From: Pseudomonadota bacterium
GTDB lineage: Bacteria; Pseudomonadota; Gammaproteobacteria; JAKAQQ01
Direction of reading: 5' to 3'
Length of the DNA: 31,757 nt
Assembly: GCA_027320085.1 (NCBI GenBank)
Contig: DAHVLZ010000008.1
Location: 1-31,757, forward strand
Both the position numbers and the translations under genes were made by a program. The notes beneath the pieces are model-generated. The model was not told the DNA's origin and made no database searches. It worked only from the letters and a program-made list of their open reading frames with translations. Below, piece after piece: positions 7,962 through 16,300 of the stretch. Within the stretch, counting starts at the first letter, position 1. Each line of letters starts with the position of its first letter.

Positions 7962-8594
7962 CTACAGCTTGGACTTGACTGCAGAACCTGCCTTCCGTTT
8001 CTTGAAAACGATCACCTTGACCAGCCGACCCCGGTTCACGAACCACGCCGACTGGGGACGCCCGTGCGTCGTCACCTCCTCGAACTCATACCGTCCGCGC
8101 GCCGCCGGCAACTTCGCCAAAATCCGACGCAGTCGGTTCGGATTCACGAGATACATCTGGTCCGTCTCGAACTCCTTGAACTCCAGCGGACCACTAATCG
8201 TGCTCCCGCCCACGTTGCCCTCGGTCATGAAAAAATGTTTTTCCTGGAACAGGAAATGCTCTTTGTTCGTCTGGCAGAATAGCACCGCCCGGTCCTGGAT
8301 ATGGCTCCCGACCGGATAGTGAAACTGGCAGACGATCTGGTTCCCGTCCCGCGGCGCGGTCGACCACGTCCGCTGGAGCGCCGCCTTGATGATCTCGAAA
8401 ACGACCGGCTCCGGAATAAAGGAGACTCCCGCCGGAATCGTGGTGTGGGCACCGGCCTGGAACTGGGTCGCGGTCGGGCAGCGTGTACAAGAGGCCGTGG
8501 CGAAATTGGCCGCCGCCTGGGCCCGGCCGATCGGCCAGAGCATCAGGATCAGGCCGAAGACGGGGATTAGAGAAAAAGTCATGTACTTTTTCAT
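7962..8594 (-). CDS. Secreted hypothetical protein
   Basis: AAGGAGG RBS, signal peptide ending AQA and an N-terminal CTRC. No family recognised. Confidence 0.6.
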   Translation of the reverse strand: MKKYMTFSLIPVFGLILMLWPIGRAQAAANFATASCTRCPTATQFQAGAHTTIPAGVSFIPEPVVFEIIKAALQRTWSTAPRDGNQIVCQFHYPVGSHIQDRAVLFCQTNKEHFLFQEKHFFMTEGNVGGSTISGPLEFKEFETDQMYLVNPNRLRRILAKLPAARGRYEFEEVTTHGRPQSAWFVNRGRLVKVIVFKKRKAGSAVKSKL

Positions 8595-8710
8595 GACAGA
8601 CCTCCTTACTGGTTCAGTGACATTTCATGTCTTGAGGCGACCTCGAACTCACAATTGACCCTACACTCCACCCTCGAGATTTGTCAACTGACCATACCGG
8701 CTACCACCCT

Positions 8711-11700
8711 TCACGTCTGGCTTCCCGGGCGCATCGTCGAGTCCATTCGCCTTTTTCTCCCGACGCACAGGCAGACACCCAGCAGGAGGAGATTAACCAA
8801 AATCCCGAAACCACCACCTCCGCCACTTCCCTTAGTGATCACGGATGCGGACCCGCCGGTCGCTGGTGTTGTGTTGCTTGCCGTTCCCACGGCGATGTTG
8901 GTTGTAGCTCTGGCAGTCCCATTCTCGCTGTCAGTCACGGTCACACTCGCCACGTAGTTATCGGAGGTTTCATAGGTATGACTGATAGTCGGCGATGTCT
9001 GGTTGACCACCGCGGAACCATCCCCAAAGTTGAAACTGTAGTGGGTAATACTCCCGCCACTGTTCGGATCGTGCGATCCCGAAGCGCTAAATGCGACCGT
9101 TAACGGTGCTGCCCCATTTGTTGGCGTTGCGACCAGTGCGGCTGTAGGCGGCTGTACTGGCTCCTGCGCACTGATGACTACATTCGGGGAAGTTCCCGTT
9201 CCGCCCCCTGTATCAGTGGCCGTTACAGTCGCTGGGAAAGTTCCCGGTTGGTCGTAAGTATGGGTGACGGTGGGAGTCGTCTGGGTAACCGGATTGCTTC
9301 CATCGCCGAAATTAAACGTATATCCATTGATCTGGCCACCAGCAAGAGGGGGATGGGATGTCCCCGCATCCAGTGTAACGGCAAGCGGCGTGTCGCCACT
9401 TGTCGGCGTTGCAGCCAACTCTGCGATCACGGGCAGCTTCGGATTACAGGCTGCATTGCCCACAAGGGTATATGCCCCCGAGGGAGTCGTGTCGATCACT
9501 TCCAGCAAACCCGCACCGGCACCCACCAGCATCTGCGTTTCGCCATGGACACCGGCCAACACCGATCCTGGCCCCGGCGGAGTACCCGTGGTGCCCGGGC
9601 TGCATGAGCTGATACTGCATCCGGACGCCGGTGGAATGAGCAAACTGGTCGGGATTGTGAAGGTGATCGTGTTGTTCGACAAGCTGTAGCTGCCGGTCAC
9701 GGCGGGATTGGTGAAGGAAACATCCGTGCTCCCATTCGCGCTGGCCACCGTTACCCCATAGACAAACTCCGGAGTGGCTGGGGATCCGCTCGGAGCATTC
9801 GTATCCATGTCCAGGAAGTATTGTTGAGCGCTTTGGGCGCCCGGTTCCTGATAACTGAAATACACCTTCCAAAAGGTATTCGGGGGTAACGCCGGCAGCG
9901 CCGAGAGGTTCGCGATGTCCATCGTGATGACGAGTGTCGGGACCTTGGCGCTAAACGGTTCTGCGAACGCCACCCGGGTCACATCGTCTTCGGCGTTCGC
10001 CGGTGCGCCCGTCTGATTGCCTGCGGGTTGGGAGACGACCGTCACGCCGGATGGCAGACAGGGCGATCCAGCAGACCCACTCGACCCCGTTCCCGGAGTG
10101 ACCAGCAGTTCATTGACGTGGCTGATATCGAATGATCCCAGGCCGGTGTCGAAATCCCAGCCTGGCGTGGCCGGATAGAGGCCGTTTGAGCCGACCGTGA
10201 TATCGGTCATGCCGCCGATGGTCGAAAACGGCAGACCCGGTGTCGAGAGTGAATAGAGTACCGGTCCGGCATTACCCAATAGATTGTCGTGCGCACTTTC
10301 CAGGCGCGCCCACGAACCCAGCGAGAGCGGTGATGCCAGGCTTGTACCACCGTTGGTGGTATCCGTTCCGCCGCTGACGAAACCGGCGGGTGAAAGCAGA
10401 AAATCGGCATCCATGGCAACGTCGGGCACCCCTTTCCCCTCCGTGCTTGTTGGCACAAACGGTGCTTGCCATGGCGGAGAGGACTCCCATAGCGAGGTTC
10501 CACCGCCGCCCGCATCCCAGCTGGTCATCTGGATCACGTTGTAGTTGGAATCTACCATGAGGCTGGTCCCGCCAGCACCCATCACATACATTGAAGAGGC
10601 CGGATATTCAACAGTCGCAGGGACACCCGATAGTGGCACCCCGTTGGTGTCGCCAACGACACCACAGGCAGAGCCAGAATCACCCGATGAGGCAAACTGG
10701 GTCTGCCCCTGGGCGGCAATTTCCGAGAAAATCACGTCATAGGTCTGTGTGGCTCCCGCGAGATATTCCAGCGTCTCACACCCGCCGAATGAGGCACTTG
10801 CGGCCTGTGCCAATGGCAAGGCGGTTCCATTGGGACCCCGCCCCGTGGCAAATGCGTTGAAGGCGGGAATCAAGTCGGCATCATTGAGTGAACTCGCGTC
10901 ATACACGTAGAGTGTCTTGACATCGCCCGCCATGCCAGTGGATTCCTGGGTGTCCATATCCCATTCCACTGCGCCGCTCGTATCGTTGCTCGGAAGGCCT
11001 GTCGGAATCACCACGACTGGGACCTGCGGCAGGTTGTTTTCTTTCTCAAACTGTCGCAAGTCATTGGGGCCATCCGGATCACTGGCTGTGGGCACAATCC
11101 CGTTTAAATCTCCCTCTGCAATGATGGCGATGATGGTGTTCGATGCCGCGGGGACAGTCCCCACGTCATACACCTTCCAGAAATCCTGTGGGCTGAAGGT
11201 AAGCGGATTTGCCGGCGTGCCCGTGCTTTGGGCCGGATCCGGGTTGGTGGGAACGGAGACACGTTCTGCCACGGGCGACCGGCCCAGTAGTGTACGCATG
11301 TGATCAATGTTTTCGAGTCCGATGACCGAGAGGACGATATTGCCCAGAGAAGTGGGTACCTCAGCGGTCTGGGTATTGGCATAGACCGTACGGGCAGATT
11401 CATCGTTTGGACCGGACACCCTGTACTGCCACAGGGGAGTGTTAAAGGCCTCTTCCACCTGAGCCGCCGTCCCTTCGGCTGACACGTACACACGATTGGC
11501 GGGTGCCGTGATATGGGTAAAACCAGAGTTCCGCAGATAGTTCTCCACAGCCCACACGTCAGCTTGGGTGGGTGCATAGGTGGCAGCAAATTGAGCCGGT
11601 GTGAGGAAATGCCCGTAACTGGGATTGCCCGGGGTATTGACCGCGTTGATCAAACTGTCCAGCTGCACTTGTCCCCGTAGTCGTAACCCCACCAGAATCT

Positions 11701-11890
11701 GGAGCGGCGTGGAACCCGGTAGTGGCCCCAGTGGTTGTGCCGGAATAGTGAAATTTGACAGCGTAAACCCTTGTGTTGCTGTCGCAACCCAGCCGCCAGC
11801 CCGTGCCGCAGGACTCGCAAGAAGAAGTATGCAAACCAATGGCAGCACATGACGGTACGGTCGAAGGCTTGAAGCGATTCTGTTGGACAT
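8711..11890 (-). CDS. S53 (sedolisin/pseudomonalisin-type) peptidase with pro-domain, two PKD domains and GlyGly-CTERM
   Basis: Pro-kumamolisin domain (FLTPAQFAATYAP), EWDMD, SSGDSG, GGTSLASP, Ca-site GWDFDTGLG, two FNFGDGS PKD repeats and a GSGGGGG-TM-RKRR tail. Start likely ATG 11890. Confidence 0.93.
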   Translation of the reverse strand: MSNRIASSLRPYRHVLPLVCILLLASPAARAGGWVATATQGFTLSNFTIPAQPLGPLPGSTPLQILVGLRLRGQVQLDSLINAVNTPGNPSYGHFLTPAQFAATYAPTQADVWAVENYLRNSGFTHITAPANRVYVSAEGTAAQVEEAFNTPLWQYRVSGPNDESARTVYANTQTAEVPTSLGNIVLSVIGLENIDHMRTLLGRSPVAERVSVPTNPDPAQSTGTPANPLTFSPQDFWKVYDVGTVPAASNTIIAIIAEGDLNGIVPTASDPDGPNDLRQFEKENNLPQVPVVVIPTGLPSNDTSGAVEWDMDTQESTGMAGDVKTLYVYDASSLNDADLIPAFNAFATGRGPNGTALPLAQAASASFGGCETLEYLAGATQTYDVIFSEIAAQGQTQFASSGDSGSACGVVGDTNGVPLSGVPATVEYPASSMYVMGAGGTSLMVDSNYNVIQMTSWDAGGGGTSLWESSPPWQAPFVPTSTEGKGVPDVAMDADFLLSPAGFVSGGTDTTNGGTSLASPLSLGSWARLESAHDNLLGNAGPVLYSLSTPGLPFSTIGGMTDITVGSNGLYPATPGWDFDTGLGSFDISHVNELLVTPGTGSSGSAGSPCLPSGVTVVSQPAGNQTGAPANAEDDVTRVAFAEPFSAKVPTLVITMDIANLSALPALPPNTFWKVYFSYQEPGAQSAQQYFLDMDTNAPSGSPATPEFVYGVTVASANGSTDVSFTNPAVTGSYSLSNNTITFTIPTSLLIPPASGCSISSCSPGTTGTPPGPGSVLAGVHGETQMLVGAGAGLLEVIDTTPSGAYTLVGNAACNPKLPVIAELAATPTSGDTPLAVTLDAGTSHPPLAGGQINGYTFNFGDGSNPVTQTTPTVTHTYDQPGTFPATVTATDTGGGTGTSPNVVISAQEPVQPPTAALVATPTNGAAPLTVAFSASGSHDPNSGGSITHYSFNFGDGSAVVNQTSPTISHTYETSDNYVASVTVTDSENGTARATTNIAVGTASNTTPATGGSASVITKGSGGGGGFGILVNLLLLGVCLCVGRKRRMDSTMRPGSQT

Positions 11891-11926
11891 GGCGCACTCT
11901 CTCACTCTCTGAATAGAAGTGGACAA

Positions 11927-12190
11927 AAGTATGATAGTTATAGTACTACTACTACTTGAAGTTTGTCAAATATGCTTGTCGACAATATAGAAAAGGCTAA
12001 ACTACTGATTTAACTAACTATAATTAAAATTCTCAATAAAGTATAGTGGATACATGAGAATTTCATGTTATCGTTAACAAGGAAAATACATAAATATGAA
12101 TGTTTGTGAATACATATTTAGTTGATAGTAGTGTAACCGACGTATCATCCTGTTCCATGTAAAATATTAGGAGTCTTCGATACCCCATCA
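11927..12190. promoter_or_regulatory. AT-rich divergent promoter region between the S53 peptidase and TetR genes
   Basis: Very AT-rich non-coding gap between divergent genes, with short palindromes TAGTACTA (11941) and TTGTCGACAA (11976). Confidence 0.5.
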
Positions 12191-12192
12191 CG

Positions 12193-12885
12193 ATGGGGAG
12201 GACCTGTCGCACGATGGATCATCCGCAACCCCCCAACGCACAACTCCCCGTGGGTGATACCCGAGAGCGACTGATGCGAGCGGCCAAGACCCTCATGTCT
12301 CAGCGAGGTTTTGAGCAGACCACCACTTCAGCGATTGCGCGGGCTGCACGTACCTCGGAATCCCAGTTGGTGCATCACTTCGGCAGCAAAGTCGGACTGT
12401 TGCAGGCCTTGTTCGAATCGACATGGCAACTCCTCACCCCCCGTCTGCAAGTCCTTATTGCAACCGCTCCCTTGGGGATCGTGGCCTTGCAAGAAGTGTT
12501 TGCCCTGTTTTTAGATTTGCTCAACAATGATATGGAGCTTGCAACCCTGTTACTGTTTGAAAGTCGTCGATTGCGGAAGGGTGAGCAGATTGTATGGCTG
12601 TCGGCTGGCTACCTCACTTTCGAAAAATTGCTCCTTGACCAAGTCAAGCGGGCACAACAGGAAGGGCACTTGGACCCAAACCTTCACCCTGTTGCACTGC
12701 TGATGGCATTGATGGGGGCCGCCGAGGGCATGATTCGTGGACGTTTGCTCAGCGTGCGCCAAGACGGGGCAGCTGCGTTTGACATGAGCGATAGTCGACG
12801 CGCCTTCACGCATCTACTCCTGGGAGCCCGTCCGGGCAACGGTTCGTCCACCGACGCAGGAAAGTATTGGCGGGCGAACGACTGA
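12193..12885 (+). CDS. TetR/AcrR family transcriptional regulator
   Basis: TRERLMRAAKTLMSQRGFEQTTTSAIARAARTSESQLVHHFGSKVGL HTH. The start may be 12214. Confidence 0.92.
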   Translation: MGRTCRTMDHPQPPNAQLPVGDTRERLMRAAKTLMSQRGFEQTTTSAIARAARTSESQLVHHFGSKVGLLQALFESTWQLLTPRLQVLIATAPLGIVALQEVFALFLDLLNNDMELATLLLFESRRLRKGEQIVWLSAGYLTFEKLLLDQVKRAQQEGHLDPNLHPVALLMALMGAAEGMIRGRLLSVRQDGAAAFDMSDSRRAFTHLLLGARPGNGSSTDAGKYWRAND

Positions 12886-13096
12886 GTTGAGTCCGGGAGC
12901 ACGGCGATGGGCGTTGGACACTATGGCCTGACCCGGACAGGCAGCCAGGTTGGAGGGCTGGGGGAGAGAGGTCTGTCTCCGGTGTATCGTGGGTTGCACC
13001 CGTCATGGCAATGCTCAAGCGGTACCCGCATTTGACGGCCGAGGACCTGGCGAGGTTGTTAGACGAGCGCGCCTGATCGCAACAAACCGCGGGGCG

Positions 13097-13354
13097 TTAT
13101 CGTCCCGACCCCGCCGCCATCTCTTCCCGGAGGATCCGGCGCAAGGCCGCGGCCGTCAAGGGCTTGTCGTCTTTGGTCAGCGAGGCCTTCAACGCTTCAT
13201 TCATCAGGGTCTGGTATCCACTTCCCATCTGCTCCGCGCGCGTCCGAAACGCAGCCAAGGTACCATCGTCGATATAGATGGTAATGCGTGTCTTGCCCTT
13301 CGTGGGCAGGACCGCTCCGCGTTTCCCCTTCGAAAAATCGTATTCATCCCTCAT
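13097..13354 (-). CDS. brnA: BrnA-family antitoxin
   Basis: MRDEYDFSKGKRG, KTRITIYIDD and GYQTLMNEALK. Confidence 0.88.
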   Translation of the reverse strand: MRDEYDFSKGKRGAVLPTKGKTRITIYIDDGTLAAFRTRAEQMGSGYQTLMNEALKASLTKDDKPLTAAALRRILREEMAAGSGR

Positions 13355-13611
13355 GGTCTTTCACCTCGTGACGTGTCGCGCGGCGCGCCGATATCACCCG
13401 TATCTCATCGCCGCGTCATGTATAAACCACCACCATAACCACCCCGACGCTCCCATGCCCACCGCAATAAACCGCTCTTCATCCTGGGCGTCCGGATCTG
13501 AACGGTGAATAGCGAGCGGGTCGGTAAAGACCCCCCTTCGGCGTCGGCAAGCGAAACTCCGTGTTTCTTGAGGTTGCCTACACCCTTGTCGGGGTCGATT
13601 TGGAAGCGCAT
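13344..13611 (-). pseudogene. brnT: BrnT ribonuclease toxin, disrupted
   Basis: Three frames give MRFQIDPDK...NLKKHGVSLADAE / VFTDPLA...DEERFIAVGM / VVYT*RGDEIRVISARRAT, i.e. two frameshifts and an in-frame TGA. Confidence 0.85.
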
Positions 13612-13628
13612 GACCTCATTATACATAT

Positions 13629-13640
13629 AATATGCATATT
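13629..13640. promoter_or_regulatory. Palindrome upstream of brnTA (candidate operator)
   Basis: Perfect palindrome AATATGCATATT in the AT-rich stretch before the brnT start. Confidence 0.4.
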
Positions 13641-13674
13641 CGTATAGGGATGGGCGCCATCTGCAAGAGCACGT

Positions 13675-14013
13675 TATTCCATTTCCATTTCAATAAGACA
13701 TCTTTTGTCCAAGGCCACGAGACGATAGAGTGGATCCGCTCCGGATCTTTTTCGAATGCTCGCAGGACAGCCTCCAGATGGTTTTCCAAGGCGTCGATAC
13801 TATCGAAGAGTGGTTATGAAAATGCTTCTCCCGGAGCTCATCCCAGACGTGCTCCACGGGCCTGGGTTCCGGCGCATGGGGCGGCAGGCTCAAGAGCCTC
13901 ATATTCTCGGGGACCTTCAGGGTACTGCTGGCATGCCATCCGGCCCCATCCAGTATCATGATGATGTTGCGCTGGGCATGGCGGTCAGCGACCTCATCAA
14001 GAAACAGTTGCAA
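13675..14013 (-). mobile_element. IS630-family transposase 3' remnant (frameshifted)
   Basis: IIMILDGAGWH, LPPHAPEPRPVEHVWDELRE, then a shift to FDSIDALENHL...IVSWPW. It ends in an IS630-like TGGAATAA terminus. Confidence 0.85.
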
Positions 14014-14077
14014 GCGCAGCTTTCATGGGCATCCGGACGGGTCGGCCGGAAACCGGGATTGGTGACAAAATAGGTCC

Positions 14078-15010
14078 ATGAGCCAGCCTCCCCTCATTGT
14101 TCTTGCCGGTGGCAGCGGCTTTGTGGGCCGCCACCTCGCGCCGGCTCTCGTCAATGCCGGCTATCGGGTCCGTATCCTCACCCGGGATGCCGCCCGTCTC
14201 CGGGATCTCCGGGTGCTCCCCACCCTCGAGATGGCCGCGCACCCCCGGATTTACGAACCCGGGAGACTCGGCCCGGCCGTCCGGGGAGCCTCCGTGGTGG
14301 TCAGTCTCGTGGGTATCCTCCACCCGGGATTTCGCCGGGAGTCCCGCTTCTCCTGGGTTCATGGCACCCTGACCGGCCGTCTCCTGGAAGCGGCCCGTGA
14401 GGGAGCCGTCCCCCGCCTCGTGCACATGAGCGCGCTCCGGGCCGACCTGACCGATCCGCCGAGCCGCTATCTCCATTCCAAGGCCGAGGCCGAGGAGCGG
14501 GTCCGGCGCTCGGGGCTCGACTGGCACATCGTGCGTCCCTCGGTGATCTACGGGCCCGACGATGACTTCCTCCAGCGCTTCGCACGCCTCCTCAAGTGGT
14601 CGCCCGGAATCCTTCCCCTGGCCTGCCCAAGGACGCCACTTGCTCCCGTCGACATCGCAGACGTCGTCCGGGTGCTCCGGATGCTCGTCGACGGCGCGAG
14701 CGTGCCCGATCGCGCCATGAACCTCGAGGGTCCCGAGACCATGACCCTGAAGGGCGTGGTGGAAGCCATTGCAGAGACCCTGGGCGTCTCCCGTCTCGTC
14801 GTGGGCCTGCCCGACGGGGCCTCCTGGCTCATGGGCGCCCTCCTCCAGTGGATGCCCCACCCGCCCTTCACGCTCGACAACTACCGCTCGCTTCACGCCC
14901 TCTCCCGTGCGCCAGCCGGACCGGAGGCGGATGGATTTTCCATGCTGGGCATCACCCCCAAGCCTTTCCGCAACCGCATACCGGCCTATCTCGGACGTCG
15001 GGGCGCGTGA
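14078..15010 (+). CDS. NAD-dependent epimerase / complex I NDUFA9-like SDR
   Basis: GGSGFVG Rossmann motif, HMSAL.A, YLHSK..AE and RPSVIYG. Confidence 0.9.
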   Translation: MSQPPLIVLAGGSGFVGRHLAPALVNAGYRVRILTRDAARLRDLRVLPTLEMAAHPRIYEPGRLGPAVRGASVVVSLVGILHPGFRRESRFSWVHGTLTGRLLEAAREGAVPRLVHMSALRADLTDPPSRYLHSKAEAEERVRRSGLDWHIVRPSVIYGPDDDFLQRFARLLKWSPGILPLACPRTPLAPVDIADVVRVLRMLVDGASVPDRAMNLEGPETMTLKGVVEAIAETLGVSRLVVGLPDGASWLMGALLQWMPHPPFTLDNYRSLHALSRAPAGPEADGFSMLGITPKPFRNRIPAYLGRRGA

Positions 15011-15067
15011 AGGCCGTTCATGTCCCGGCCCCCCGCAAGGCGCCGGTGCCGGATTTCTGAGACCGCT

Positions 15068-16300
15068 GTGGAAATCTATCTCGTCGGTGGCGCCATCCGG
15101 GACCGCCTGCTCGGCCTGCCCGTCGGGGAGAGGGACTACGTCGTGGTCGGCTCCTCCCCCGCCGCGATGATCGAACGGGGATTCCGGCCGGTCGGACGGG
15201 ATTTTCCCGTTTTCCTGCATCCCGAAACCCGTGAGGAATACGCACTCGCCCGCTCCGAGCGGAAGAGCGGGATCGGTCACGGTGGATTCCGGTTCCAGAC
15301 CGGCCCCGAGGTGAGCCTCGTCTCCGACCTGGCCCGCCGTGATCTCACCATCAACGCCATGGCCGAGGGACCCGGCGGGGAGATCATCGATCCGTACGGC
15401 GGGGTGAGGGATCTCGAATCGCGATTGCTCCGGCACGTCTCGCCGGCCTTCGTCGAGGACCCGCTCCGCCTGCTCCGGGTGGCACGTTTTTCCGCCCGCT
15501 TCCAGGCCCTGGGATTCCGCCTCGCCCCGGAAACCCGGAGTCTCATGGCGTCCATGAGCCAATCGGGAGAGCTCACCACGCTCGTCCCCGAACGGATCTG
15601 GCAGGAAACCCGGCGGGCACTGGCCACCGATCATCCGGAAACCTACATCCAGACGCTCCGGGCGGTGGGTGCACTCAAGATCCTGTTTCCGGAAATCGAC
15701 TGCCTGTTCGGCATCCCGCAGGATCCCAAGGAACATCCCGAAATCGATACCGGCGAACATCTCCTCCTCGCGCTCGCGGCCGTGGCCCGAAAATCCAAGG
15801 ATCCCCTCGTGGCCTACGCGGTCCTCGTCCACGATCTCGGCAAGGGACGGACCGATCCCGCCCGCTGGCCCCACCATCCCGGCCATGCCGAATCCGGGCT
15901 CGCCGTCGTGCGCGAACTCAACGCCCGGCTCCGTGTCCCCCACACCTTCCGGCTGGTCGCGGAACTCACGACCCGCTGGCATCTCGAGATCCACCGTGCC
16001 CCCGATCAGGATGCCAGAAGCCTCGATGGCTGGCTGTCGCAGCTTCCCTACCGCCAGAATCCCGCGCTCCTCGATCCGGTGCTCGCCGCCTGTGCCGCGG
16101 ACTTCCGCGGGCGGCGGGGACATGAGGCGGACCCCTACCCTCAGGAAGCCTTCCTCTCCCGGCTCGCACCGGCCCTGGCCGCAATCCGTCTTGAACCTGG
16201 GGAGTATGACTGGACGCCCGATCAGAAACGGGCCGCCCTCGCCAACCGCCGCATGGCCCGGATCGCCCAGGCGCTCAAAGACGGTTTTCCGGAAACGTGA
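15068..16300 (+). CDS. cca: Multifunctional CCA tRNA nucleotidyltransferase/repair enzyme
   Basis: (M)EIYLVGGAIRD, EEYALARSERK, DLARRDLTINAMA, EDPLRLLRVARF, HPEIDTG and HDLGKG (HD domain). GTG start at 15068. Confidence 0.95.
   Translation: MEIYLVGGAIRDRLLGLPVGERDYVVVGSSPAAMIERGFRPVGRDFPVFLHPETREEYALARSERKSGIGHGGFRFQTGPEVSLVSDLARRDLTINAMAEGPGGEIIDPYGGVRDLESRLLRHVSPAFVEDPLRLLRVARFSARFQALGFRLAPETRSLMASMSQSGELTTLVPERIWQETRRALATDHPETYIQTLRAVGALKILFPEIDCLFGIPQDPKEHPEIDTGEHLLLALAAVARKSKDPLVAYAVLVHDLGKGRTDPARWPHHPGHAESGLAVVRELNARLRVPHTFRLVAELTTRWHLEIHRAPDQDARSLDGWLSQLPYRQNPALLDPVLAACAADFRGRRGHEADPYPQEAFLSRLAPALAAIRLEPGEYDWTPDQKRAALANRRMARIAQALKDGFPET

Noticed and set aside
15068-16300. Functional link between cca and the tRNA-end-targeting toxins (HEPN, AbiEii/MenT)
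   Set aside because: cca sits in an ordinary housekeeping run about 10 kb from either toxin. Proximity alone is not evidence.
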